From the NCBI GenBank assembly GCA_964491455.1, contig CAZBFM010000001.1, positions 279,425-343,424 of the forward strand: a stretch of 64,000 nucleotides of DNA. Direction: 5' to 3'. Position numbers and translations under genes: made by a program. The DNA comes from an uncultured Candidatus Saccharibacteria bacterium (GTDB lineage Bacteria > Patescibacteriota > Minisyncoccia > 2-02-FULL-40-12 > GWA2-44-9). The notes beneath the pieces are model-generated. The model was given only the letters and a program-made list of their open reading frames with translations, was not told the DNA's origin and made no database searches. This document shows positions 29,311-37,602 of the stretch, in pieces. Position 1 is the first letter of the stretch; each line of letters begins with the position of its first letter.

Positions 29311-30408
29311 CTATTTCAGAACCGACTGCACAATGTCGCTGAGCACCTGGTAAGAAAGTGGGGGCAACTTTGAATCGACGAGGAATATCGTCAGCCCCAG
29401 CGTTGCTCCAATTGAGTTAATCACCCAAAAACGCATCGTAATTTGCGACTCATGCCACCCCATCGCCTCAAAGGTGTGGTGAATAGGCGTTGATAGAAAT
29501 ATCTTGCGTCCAAAAAGCTTTTTACTCATCGTCTGAAGAATAACGCTCGCAGATTCGATGAGAGGGATAATAGCAATGAAGGGCAGAAGTAATGGTACGT
29601 TCAAGAGCATGGCGCTTGCGCCCGCAACAAATCCGAGCGACATAACACCCGTATCCCCCATGAAAAATTTCGCGGGGTAAATATTGAACCAAAGGAATGC
29701 AACGAGTGCACCCAAGATAGCCGCCATAAATGTAGCGAGATCCATGCGGCCCTGGTCGAATGCAATAGCGCCAAGAGAAGCAAAAATCGTCATAAAAGTA
29801 CCTCCCGCCAACCCGTCGAGTCCATCAGTTTCATTCATAGAAAATGCAGTTGCCACAAGGATAAAGACCGAAACTACGAAATACCAAGCTGCGCCAATAT
29901 GAGCGTCACCAAAAAACGGCATATTGATAGAATCCTTGCCAAGCTTTTCAACAAACCACCAACCGCCAACAATCGCCAAGCCTACAAATAGCACGAGTCG
30001 CTTCTGCATTCCAAATCCCCCGCGGCGACGAATCCCGATGATATCGTCGGCCATGCCCAGGACACCTGCAAGCACGAGAAAAGCGAGAGGCAAATACGTT
30101 TGAGCGCGCGACAAAAAATTTACTTTCGACCAAAATCCATCGATTGTTCCATGAAGTCCCCAAAACAACACCGTAAGAAACAGAACGGAAAACCAGATAA
30201 TGAAGCCACCCATTGTTGGCGTTCCCTCTTTCTTTTTATGCAATGCATTGAAGATTGGCTTGTCTTCTCGTGTAATTTGCTTACCATGCGCAAAATACGA
30301 GTGCAAGAATCGAACCCAAAGCGGTTCGATCAAAAGTGCAACAAAAAAAGCGGCCGTACCAACGGCAAGAACTCTAATTCCATTGAAGATGGTAAATGCT
30401 TCCGACAT
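29311..30408 (-). CDS. mraY: Phospho-MurNAc-pentapeptide translocase MraY
   Basis: 365 aa. Polyprenyl-phosphate sugar-phosphotransferase motifs (…FFMGDTGVMSLG…, …NETDGLDGLAGG…). Confidence 0.85.
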   Translation of the reverse strand: MSEAFTIFNGIRVLAVGTAAFFVALLIEPLWVRFLHSYFAHGKQITREDKPIFNALHKKKEGTPTMGGFIIWFSVLFLTVLFWGLHGTIDGFWSKVNFLSRAQTYLPLAFLVLAGVLGMADDIIGIRRRGGFGMQKRLVLFVGLAIVGGWWFVEKLGKDSINMPFFGDAHIGAAWYFVVSVFILVATAFSMNETDGLDGLAGGTFMTIFASLGAIAFDQGRMDLATFMAAILGALVAFLWFNIYPAKFFMGDTGVMSLGFVAGASAMLLNVPLLLPFIAIIPLIESASVILQTMSKKLFGRKIFLSTPIHHTFEAMGWHESQITMRFWVINSIGATLGLTIFLVDSKLPPLSYQVLSDIVQSVLK

Positions 30409-30409
30409 G

Positions 30410-31345
30410 TTATTGCCACAAGAATGCCCGCTGTGCCCAACCGATCAATGCACTCGTATCGCTAAATCTACTCTGTGAACCCAACACAATCGATATAAGT
30501 GTACCATTATTGCCTGGTAAATTCACCAGCGCAATTAGACATCCCAGGGCGCCGTCCGTGAAGCCCGTTTTCCCGCCATAAACACCCTCGTCGCCACCCA
30601 GAAGTTCATTGGTGTTCACAAGATCATGCACGAAGGCTTCATCAGATGAAAATACGGTTGCTTTTTTGATTGCTGTAATAGCAAGAAGCTGCTGCTGTTC
30701 TTTCATCACATATCGTATGAGTTTCGACAGATTATCTGCGGTACATAATGCAGCGTCATTGAGGCCCGCGGGATCCAAGAAGGTACACTGCTCCATTCCA
30801 AGACGTTGAGCAAGATCATTCATCGCGACTACAAAATCAATGCCTCGTTCTTGAGCGTACGCCGACAAAGCCGCAGCGGCGTCGTTGCTGGATTCAACGA
30901 GCATCATGACGACAAGGTCATGCACCGACATACGTTCGCCGATATGGAGCGATGCCTTGATCCCATCAACACGCACAGAACCCGATGCAATCGTCACGAC
31001 TTCTTGAGGAGAGAAGCGCTCTGTCGCCACGACAGCAGAAACTAACTTCGTCAACGAGGCGATGGGCACACGTGAAGCGCTATTCTTACTCATAAGGACG
31101 CGTCCAGTGTCGCCATCCAAGAGAAGTGCCGTTCCCGCACTCAATGCGGGCTCACGAATAGCCGTATTGCGAATTGGTGCATATGCTGGTTCTGCGATGG
31201 GAAGCAGATATGCTTGAGATGATCTCGTCTGTGGCTCCGCTGCCGCAAGATATGCAGTGGCGACACCATCGCGAGGCTTCGTCGCGACACCCATAAGAAC
31301 CAGCACCGCGGCAATGAGTATCGGTAATAACAGCGCTCGTCGCAT
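30410..31345 (-). CDS. D-alanyl-D-alanine carboxypeptidase (S11 low-MW PBP)
   Basis: 311 aa. Signal peptide, SxxK (SLTKL), SxN (SSND) and KTG (GGKTGFT). Confidence 0.7.
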   Translation of the reverse strand: MRRALLLPILIAAVLVLMGVATKPRDGVATAYLAAAEPQTRSSQAYLLPIAEPAYAPIRNTAIREPALSAGTALLLDGDTGRVLMSKNSASRVPIASLTKLVSAVVATERFSPQEVVTIASGSVRVDGIKASLHIGERMSVHDLVVMMLVESSNDAAAALSAYAQERGIDFVVAMNDLAQRLGMEQCTFLDPAGLNDAALCTADNLSKLIRYVMKEQQQLLAITAIKKATVFSSDEAFVHDLVNTNELLGGDEGVYGGKTGFTDGALGCLIALVNLPGNNGTLISIVLGSQSRFSDTSALIGWAQRAFLWQ

Positions 31346-31353
31346 ACAAATAT

Positions 31354-32766
31354 CTACTCCGTAGTAATTTTCAGGTGCAGCTCTCGCAATTGATGTGAGG
31401 AAATTGGAGAGGGTGAATGCATCATAAGATCGCGAGCATCGCCCGTCTTAGGAAACGCTAGCACCTCGCGAATGTTTGGCTCATTGTGTAAGAGTGCGAT
31501 GAGTCGATCCCAACCCCAGGCAATCCCTCCGTGCGGCGGAGCACCATGAGAAAATGCGGTCAGCATGTGACCAAAATTTTCATCTATAGTGGAATTCTCA
31601 AATCCCATAATACGAAATACCGCGCGAAGTCCGTCGGATGTATGGTTGCGGATGGAGCCACCACCTATCTCCCAACCGTTTAATACGATATCGTACTGGC
31701 TTGTGAGAATATTTCCAATATTGCTTGCCGAAAGCAAGTCAGACATGAACTCTGGCTTCGGCGCGGAAAATGGATTGTGTGTAAACGTCCATCCCTCATC
31801 CGTCTTCTCAAAAAATGGAAAATCAACGACCCAACAAAACGCGAGCACATTTGGATCATTCTTATCCTCTCGAACATCGGGTCGATCTGTCCCGTATGTT
31901 CCCATAGCTTCGGCGAAGCTCATGCGGGGAAACGGAATTTGCTGAATGCGTTTTTCAGGATAGAGCTTCGTTACGAAATCGATGAGAAGCGCTTCGTTAA
32001 GCGCCATAACATCCTCGCGCTCGACAAAACTCATCTCTAAATCGAGTTGCGTAAATTCTGGTTGGCGATCGCCACGCGTGTCCTCATCTCGGAAGCAACG
32101 AGCAAATTGAAAATATCGCTCCATTCCCGCCACCATGAGCAATTGCTTGTACTGCTGCGGCGATTGAGGAAGCGCATAAAACGATCCGGCATATAATCTG
32201 CTTGGAACCACATAATCACGTGCACCCTCGGGTGTACTTTTGGTGAGCATCGGCGTCTCTACTTCGAGAAACCCCTTCGCGTCAAGCCAATTGCGAATGA
32301 ACAATTGCCCCTTGTGTCGCGCCATCATGTTGCGCGCCATACGGGGACGACGCAAATCGAGATATCGCCACTCATGGCGCGTATCTTCGCCGATTTCATA
32401 TCCATCAGTATCAAGCGGCATTGGAGGTGTCTGCGATGCATTGAGAACCTCTAATTCTCGAGGTTCAAATTCAACAGAACCCGTAGGGATATCGGCATTG
32501 CGCATTTTCTCTGGTCGCTCTTTGATGAGCCCCTTCAGGCGTACAACCCATTCATTACGAAGCGTCTGAGCGAGTTCGTAGCACGAAGGTGTAAATGGCC
32601 CAAACACGACCTGAATGACGCCGGTACGATCGCGAAGGTCGACGAACACGAGCTTGCCATGGTCTCGTCGATTGACGACCCAGCCAAAAAGCTCAATTTC
32701 TTCACCAATACGATCCTTTGTTTCGAGGATGGATATCTGTTTCATAGAATACGTGCATCCTATCAC
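31354..32766 (-). CDS. aspS: Aspartyl-tRNA synthetase (short archaeal-like form, possibly non-discriminating)
   Basis: 470 aa. N-terminal OB fold, class IIb core and the AspRS-type QSPQ loop (…ALPQSPQQYKQ…). Confidence 0.8.
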   Translation of the reverse strand: MIGCTYSMKQISILETKDRIGEEIELFGWVVNRRDHGKLVFVDLRDRTGVIQVVFGPFTPSCYELAQTLRNEWVVRLKGLIKERPEKMRNADIPTGSVEFEPRELEVLNASQTPPMPLDTDGYEIGEDTRHEWRYLDLRRPRMARNMMARHKGQLFIRNWLDAKGFLEVETPMLTKSTPEGARDYVVPSRLYAGSFYALPQSPQQYKQLLMVAGMERYFQFARCFRDEDTRGDRQPEFTQLDLEMSFVEREDVMALNEALLIDFVTKLYPEKRIQQIPFPRMSFAEAMGTYGTDRPDVREDKNDPNVLAFCWVVDFPFFEKTDEGWTFTHNPFSAPKPEFMSDLLSASNIGNILTSQYDIVLNGWEIGGGSIRNHTSDGLRAVFRIMGFENSTIDENFGHMLTAFSHGAPPHGGIAWGWDRLIALLHNEPNIREVLAFPKTGDARDLMMHSPSPISSHQLRELHLKITTE

Positions 32767-32792
32767 GTCAACGTCAGAATGCCAAGGGCGTA

Positions 32793-32821
32793 TTGACGTT
32801 TTGGATGACTTGTTTTATTGT
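32793..32821 (+). promoter_or_regulatory. Possible sigma70-like promoter for the + strand coiled-coil gene, with an inverted repeat (CGTCAA…TTGACG) overlapping the -35
   Basis: TTGACG, a 17-nt spacer, then TATTGT, about 20 nt upstream of GTG 32843. Weak -10. Confidence 0.25.
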
Positions 32822-32842
32822 ATTCTTGTCCAAGGAGAACAC

Positions 32843-33124
32843 GTGGCAAAACAAAAGAAATCTCTGGAATGTCCCCGCAATAACGCAGAGATCACCCTCA
32901 TGCGCGAGCTTCGCGAAACGAAGAACCGACTCGACGCGGTGAAAGAAGATAGAGAGATCAAATTGCGCAAAATTGAAGGCCTTGAATCTGAGAATTCAAT
33001 TCTAAAGCAGCAAATCAAGGGCCATCTTGAAGCGCTCAGTGAAAAGGATGCTGAAGCACAAGGATTTGAGAGGGGCGTGACGAGAATCCTGGAAGTTATA
33101 CTGGATCGTCTCGTCCGGAACTAA
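32843..33124 (+). CDS. Small coiled-coil protein (about 93 aa) of unknown function
   Basis: GTG start 5 nt after AAGGAG (32832-32837). Heptad-rich sequence (…LRETKNRLDAVKEDREIKLRKIEGLESENSILKQQIKGHLEALSEKDAEAQ…). Ends at a clean terminator. The track ORF 32615..33124 is over-extended through the divergent promoter. Confidence 0.4.
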   Translation: MAKQKKSLECPRNNAEITLMRELRETKNRLDAVKEDREIKLRKIEGLESENSILKQQIKGHLEALSEKDAEAQGFERGVTRILEVILDRLVRN

Positions 33125-33145
33125 CGGCTCTCATTTTTCGGGCTC

Positions 33146-33172
33146 ATCGGGACCTCACGGTCCCGATTTTTT
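33146..33172 (+). terminator. Rho-independent terminator
   Basis: ATCGGGACC-tcac-GGTCCCGAT followed by tttttt. Confidence 0.65.
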
Positions 33173-33185
33173 CTATGACAATACT

Positions 33186-33563
33186 GTGCTATGGTGTCAT
33201 CCAGGAGAGCTAGTTGTGAACTTTGATAATTACTACTATTACTGTCCGCGTTGTAAACGCGTAGTGAATCCAACATGGTATGTGGGTCATCGAACCTACA
33301 GCATGAGCAGTCTCACAGCTCCTTACTTCATGTGCAGCGAGTGTCGCACCATCGGTGCCTACCCTCCACACGTAAAGAATACGATTGCGGAATGGCGACG
33401 CGCGTTGTACAGCAGAAAGCGAGTGCCGAGCTGTCGAAATATGTACACGATTGTCATGCGAGATCTCGATCTGATCATGTCCGGAATCTGCGCGCAATCG
33501 GGATATCGTAGAGTACGTTGCCGCATTCCACAGCGTCCACCGGAGCATGAGACGAGGTCATGA
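33186..33563 (+). CDS. Small Cys4 zinc-ribbon protein, paralog A
   Basis: CPRC…(26 aa)…CSEC with a basic C-terminus. A GTG at 33217 preceded by AGGAGA is a better start than the ATG at 33186. Confidence 0.4.
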   Translation: MLWCHPGELVVNFDNYYYYCPRCKRVVNPTWYVGHRTYSMSSLTAPYFMCSECRTIGAYPPHVKNTIAEWRRALYSRKRVPSCRNMYTIVMRDLDLIMSGICAQSGYRRVRCRIPQRPPEHETRS

Positions 33564-33880
33564 CGACGACGATGCAGTATGCTTGTCCGAAATGCAATAC
33601 CAGGCGATATCCGGAACGTGTAATTATTTCTCGCGGCCACTCCGCTCGTCGATGGGAACTCCCGTACCTCATGTGTGGACAATGCCGGCTCATAGGGATC
33701 GATATCGTACTCGCGCGTCGAACCCTACAAGGACTTGTTAAGGAAACGCAGGTCACGTCATCATCATCGAGCCTCACAGAGGAGATGCTATCGCGACTTG
33801 AAGATCATATCGCGTACTTCTGTCGAGATGCCGGCTATACGCGCGCTCGCTTCAAGCGCGTTCGCACAAAGACTCTCTAG
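33560..33880 (+). CDS. Small Cys4 zinc-ribbon protein, paralog B
   Basis: CPKC…(26 aa)…CGQC with a basic C-terminus (…GYTRARFKRVR…). It aligns to paralog A (YxCPxCxxxxxP…PYxMCxxCRxIG) and overlaps paralog A by 4 nt. Confidence 0.4.
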   Translation: MTTTMQYACPKCNTRRYPERVIISRGHSARRWELPYLMCGQCRLIGIDIVLARRTLQGLVKETQVTSSSSSLTEEMLSRLEDHIAYFCRDAGYTRARFKRVRTKTL

Positions 33881-33910
33881 GGAGTCTTTTCTTTTTTCGC
33901 CGTGAATTCA

Positions 33911-33940
33911 AAATTAAAAAGCTGCTACGAACGTAGCAGC
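33911..33940 (-). terminator. Rho-independent terminator for the 33947-34396 gene
   Basis: Hairpin GCTGCTACG-aa-CGTAGCAGC (33921-33940). On the minus strand it is followed by the U-tract complementary to aaaattaaaaa (33911-33920). Confidence 0.55.
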
Positions 33941-33946
33941 AGCTGT

Positions 33947-34396
33947 CTAGTTTCCGAACATTGCCCACGCCGGCTGGATAGCACAAATACTGTAGTGATG
34001 TCCCGCCACATTGCCCCACGCCTCCGTGAAAACTCTCCAGCCCTTTTCATTCGATCCATCTTGATCCGGTTCTCGACCATACTCCACCTGATCCAACCAG
34101 CCCGCGACAAATACCGTAGCGCCTTCGAGATCAAGCGGATATGGCAAGGCTATCGCGTCGCGCTCCGCTGACCATAACAGCAGTCGCGTCGGCACCCCAC
34201 CGCTATCTTGCTTTATGTGTTCGAAATGATGCGTCGTCACACCAGCATCGTTCTGAAAGTATTCCACCTCATATCGGAGCGGGAACATTTTGTAATGGCT
34301 TGCCTTCCCGCCGGGAGCATTCGGCCAGATCAGCCTCAGTGCACCCGCTAAACCTTCATGACCCTGACTTGTTACGTCAATCGTTCTATTATACAT
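33947..34396 (-). CDS. Hypothetical protein (149 aa), no recognisable domain
   Basis: Clean ORF with its own terminator immediately downstream of tRNA-Lys. His-rich segments (…TTHHFEHIKQD…, …GHHYSICAIQ…). Confidence 0.35.
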   Translation of the reverse strand: MYNRTIDVTSQGHEGLAGALRLIWPNAPGGKASHYKMFPLRYEVEYFQNDAGVTTHHFEHIKQDSGGVPTRLLLWSAERDAIALPYPLDLEGATVFVAGWLDQVEYGREPDQDGSNEKGWRVFTEAWGNVAGHHYSICAIQPAWAMFGN

Positions 34397-34456
34397 CTGA
34401 TCATGTCTCCTCGTTATTCTAAAACAAGAACGTATTGTGAATGGACCCAGAATGTC

Positions 34457-34529
34457 CGCCCTGCTGGATTCGAACCAGCGACCTTCTCCTTAAAAGGGAG
34501 CAGCTCTACCAACTGAGCTAAGGGCGGTT
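34457..34529 (-). tRNA. tRNA-Lys (anticodon UUU). 3' CCA is not genome-encoded (ends …A-CA).
   Basis: Reverse complement folds as a cloverleaf. Acceptor CCGCCCT/AGGGCGG, U8, D-stem GCTC/GAGC, anticodon loop CUUUUAA, 5-nt variable loop, T-arm GCTGG-TTCGAAT-CCAGC, discriminator A. Confidence 0.8.
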
Positions 34530-34576
34530 ATGAACCAGCATAAAATACCACGTTTTTAACGTGCCTTCAAGGCGCG

Positions 34577-36196
34577 CTACATATTGAGCGCACGACGAAT
34601 AAGGGCTTTCAATTCGTCATCTGAGGTGGACACCACACCGGTTGTCGTAGCTTGTGGCTTCTCTTTGATTTCAACGGCTCGTCCATTGAATCCCACAGCG
34701 CCCCCCTTCAGCGCATCGAGACTGGCTGTCTGCTGCGGCGCAGGTCGAGGACCCGAAGCTTGTAACGGCGGTCGCTGATGCGAACCTTGCCCCTGAGGAC
34801 GCTGTGGTTGTTGCATCGGTCGTGCGACGGACTGGGATGGGAATGGACTATCCCGGCGCGGCGTTGCTGGCCTATCACTCGCTGCTCGGGGCACGTATTG
34901 AGGCTGTTCAAGTGGCGCACGCCATTTTGCGATCGCCTCTTCCACTTCCGCTCGCGGCCGAGCGTACATAGTGCGCGAGTATTCGACCACTTCATCCCGA
35001 GTACTTTGCTCGAGCTTCTTTGGCGTGTCCATCGTCATAGCAGAAAACGCATGACTCGTGACTCCATCGATCATTAATTTGAGATACATCTGACGGAATC
35101 CAAGGTTCACAATGTCGGTTGCCATAAATTCAGGGGCGAATTCTTTCTCCATCAACTCAGCATCTTCTGCTCCAATGCGAAACGATATGATCGTTCCCAC
35201 ATTGCCGAAGACCGCGTCGGCAACCTCTTCCGCAAGCTGCTTAATATATTGATGAGCTACAATCAGAGACAAATTGAATTTACGCGCTTCGGAGAGGATG
35301 TTCGCAAATGAACCCGTTGCAAAGTTTTGGAACTCATCAACAATCAACGTGAAGTCCGCACGTTCATGCTTTGGTATATCGACGCGCGACATCGCCGCAA
35401 GCTGAATCTTGGTGATAATCATCGCACCAAGAAGTCGAGATGCGTCTTCACCAATACGTCCCTTTGAAATATCCACGAGGATTATTTTGCGCTGATCCAT
35501 GGCTTCGCGCATATTGAAGGTAGACCGCTCCTGCCCAACTAGATTGCGAATGAGAGAGTTGGAAACAAACTGACCAACCTTGTTTTGTATAGCAGCTGTT
35601 GCCTCTGACGCAAACTTGTCAGTATATTTCGCGAATTCTTGTGTCCAGAATGCTTTCACTTCCGGATCCGTCACTTGGTCAACTATCTTCTTTCGATACT
35701 CCTTATCTGCCAACATTCTATTGATGCCTAGGAGCGTAGATCCGGGAGCCTCGAGGAGAGCGAGGATCGTATTATTGAGGATGTATTCCATACGAGCCGA
35801 CCACGCATCGAGCCAAATCTTTTTGAACACCGCCATCATGCCATCAGCAACGAGATGACGCTGATCAAAGCTCACACTCTCCATGACATTAAATCCAACT
35901 GGAAACTGCATGTCGGCAGGATTAATAAAAATGACATCTTTGACACGCTCAGGAGGGATATAATCCAATAAATCATATACAGGATCTCCGTGCGGATCCA
36001 TAAAACAGACACCTCTGCCATCGCGAATATCTTGAATGGCAAGCATCTTTAGGAGCTCCGATTTGCCCATACCAGATTTTCCGATCACATACATATGCCT
36101 GCGACGATCATCGAGCTTGATGCCGAAATGCTGAATCGCATTTCGAAATTCAGTTTGACCGAAAAGCACTACATTGTTTTCTGGTTCGAATGTCAT
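34577..36196 (-). CDS. Soluble type-IV-coupling-protein-like ATPase (VirD4/TraG/TraD family, FtsK-HerA superfamily)
   Basis: 539 aa, no TM. HMYVIGKSGMGKSE (Walker A), DPHGD, LIVDEFQNF (Walker B) and VAHQYIKQL in T4CP order. A Pro/Gln-rich tail of about 120 aa at the C-terminus. Confidence 0.55.
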   Translation of the reverse strand: MTFEPENNVVLFGQTEFRNAIQHFGIKLDDRRRHMYVIGKSGMGKSELLKMLAIQDIRDGRGVCFMDPHGDPVYDLLDYIPPERVKDVIFINPADMQFPVGFNVMESVSFDQRHLVADGMMAVFKKIWLDAWSARMEYILNNTILALLEAPGSTLLGINRMLADKEYRKKIVDQVTDPEVKAFWTQEFAKYTDKFASEATAAIQNKVGQFVSNSLIRNLVGQERSTFNMREAMDQRKIILVDISKGRIGEDASRLLGAMIITKIQLAAMSRVDIPKHERADFTLIVDEFQNFATGSFANILSEARKFNLSLIVAHQYIKQLAEEVADAVFGNVGTIISFRIGAEDAELMEKEFAPEFMATDIVNLGFRQMYLKLMIDGVTSHAFSAMTMDTPKKLEQSTRDEVVEYSRTMYARPRAEVEEAIAKWRAPLEQPQYVPRAASDRPATPRRDSPFPSQSVARPMQQPQRPQGQGSHQRPPLQASGPRPAPQQTASLDALKGGAVGFNGRAVEIKEKPQATTTGVVSTSDDELKALIRRALNM

Positions 36197-36199
36197 GTG

Positions 36200-37528
36200 T
36201 TATCGAGTTGGTAGCATTGCAGGCGGCTGACCCTTCTTTGCCTGCACACGAGGCAAGAGCGGCGCCTTCACATTCAAGGCGGGCAGATGCCATAACGTAG
36301 CAAGCTCTTCGACATTTAAAATAGGCTGATAATCCTTCGGGTTACCAGTTGGAGCTGAAAACGATCTGCTCATGTACGCGCCATACATGGCCTTCTTCTT
36401 CTTGAGTGTTTTTTCGCCAGCGGAGAATCCCTTCCCACTCGGGAACAGCCACGCGAGCGACCCCTTATCACCCGTCCCATTTCCTGGCTTGAAAGAATTA
36501 AGATTATTATAAAATAATTGCTTCATCATACCAGCGACACTCGACGACCGCGCACCATTAAATACATCTTTCCGCGCAATGTAGACAGTTCGTATTGTCG
36601 TTTTAAATGCCAATTTTGATAGCTTCTGCTGAATTTTCTCGAGCACATCCTTATCAGCTGGCGTAAGCGCTGATAAATTGAATGGCTTCTCTTCTTTCTT
36701 CTTCTCCTCGACAACCGGAAAAACACCAATGATGGTAAGAATAAAACCAATCCCACGAAACGGAGCAGTGATCACTTTCTCGAAGAGCTTCGGTTCGTCT
36801 GGCTTCACCTCTCGCCCCGCAAGCTTGTCGACAACCTTTTGGCCATCTTTTACCCAGTCACCTCCGGTGGGTCGGATCACATATTGCAACCACAAATATT
36901 CGCCGGGACGCAATGCGCTCATAATCTCCAGTAGCGGGGCTAATGGATCAAGGCGTGAATACTCATCCTTTCCACCCGCATCCTCAAATTCAGTCCAACT
37001 TTTTATAGGATACGCCGATGGCTGGGTGCACACAAAATCACTCCCTGAAATATCAAATTGCGTGTTATCAAATTCTCTTGGCAGGAGCGCAGTATAATCC
37101 TCAACAGGTCGAACCTCCGCAGAGGGATATTGAGAAAAGACAGCCGCCTCAACACCATTTCGCTGCCCCTCCGTGCAACGAATGTAAAAATGCGTCTCAC
37201 CGCCATGAGATACAATTTCCAGGGAAAACCAATCGGGTATCTTCCCGCCGAACGCCTGATCCTTCCACTTGATGCCACCTCCGTAACTGGCATGCAACCA
37301 CGCAAAAAAACTCTCTGCCGCTTTAGGGCTACTATAGAGAATCTCTGGGGGAGGGATGACTTCCAGAACCGTCCACTTCATCGCCGAAAGATATTTTTCT
37401 TTTTGATATCCCAGCCATGATGTATATGCGACATCAACGAGAATCAAAGGAAACCAGGCCCACCAATAATCGAGTGCCAGAGTAAATCCCCTCCACAGGG
37501 CTGTAGTAACAGCTGAAGTTTCAATCAT
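36200..37528 (-). CDS. Hypothetical membrane protein (N-terminal TM pair plus a central TM), co-transcribed with the T4CP-like ATPase
   Basis: 442 aa. A 3-nt gap to the downstream ATPase gene. Hydrophobic segments at aa about 10-40 and about 250-270. Lys-rich linker. Confidence 0.4.
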   Translation of the reverse strand: MIETSAVTTALWRGFTLALDYWWAWFPLILVDVAYTSWLGYQKEKYLSAMKWTVLEVIPPPEILYSSPKAAESFFAWLHASYGGGIKWKDQAFGGKIPDWFSLEIVSHGGETHFYIRCTEGQRNGVEAAVFSQYPSAEVRPVEDYTALLPREFDNTQFDISGSDFVCTQPSAYPIKSWTEFEDAGGKDEYSRLDPLAPLLEIMSALRPGEYLWLQYVIRPTGGDWVKDGQKVVDKLAGREVKPDEPKLFEKVITAPFRGIGFILTIIGVFPVVEEKKKEEKPFNLSALTPADKDVLEKIQQKLSKLAFKTTIRTVYIARKDVFNGARSSSVAGMMKQLFYNNLNSFKPGNGTGDKGSLAWLFPSGKGFSAGEKTLKKKKAMYGAYMSRSFSAPTGNPKDYQPILNVEELATLWHLPALNVKAPLLPRVQAKKGQPPAMLPTR

Positions 37529-37550
37529 TGCTCTTCTCTAGTATACCACA

Positions 37551-37578
37551 TACAAACAAACAACCTCGTCAGAGGTTG
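37551..37578 (-). terminator. Strong hairpin (12-bp stem), a possible terminator or attenuator between the sigma-r4 gene and the downstream operon
   Basis: ACAAACAACCTC-gtca-GAGGTTGTTTGT. Followed on the minus strand by UUGUAUGUGG, which is only a moderate U tract. Confidence 0.4.
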
Positions 37579-37602
37579 TTTGTAGTGCGAACAATCAGAA
37601 GA

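Noticed and set aside
32615-33124. 169-aa ORF reading through the aspS divergent promoter
   Set aside because: The N-terminal extension overlaps the promoter region and has no SD. The GTG at 32843 with AAGGAG 5 nt upstream gives a compact coiled-coil protein, so I trimmed to that start.
34577-34940. Pro/Gln/Arg-rich C-terminal tail of the T4CP-like ATPase (…PRRDSPFPSQSVARPMQQPQRPQGQGSHQRPPLQASGPRPAPQQ…) as a possible repeat element or separate gene
   Set aside because: It is in frame with the ATPase with no intervening stop. It is low-complexity and disordered rather than a nucleotide repeat; T4CPs often have such tails.
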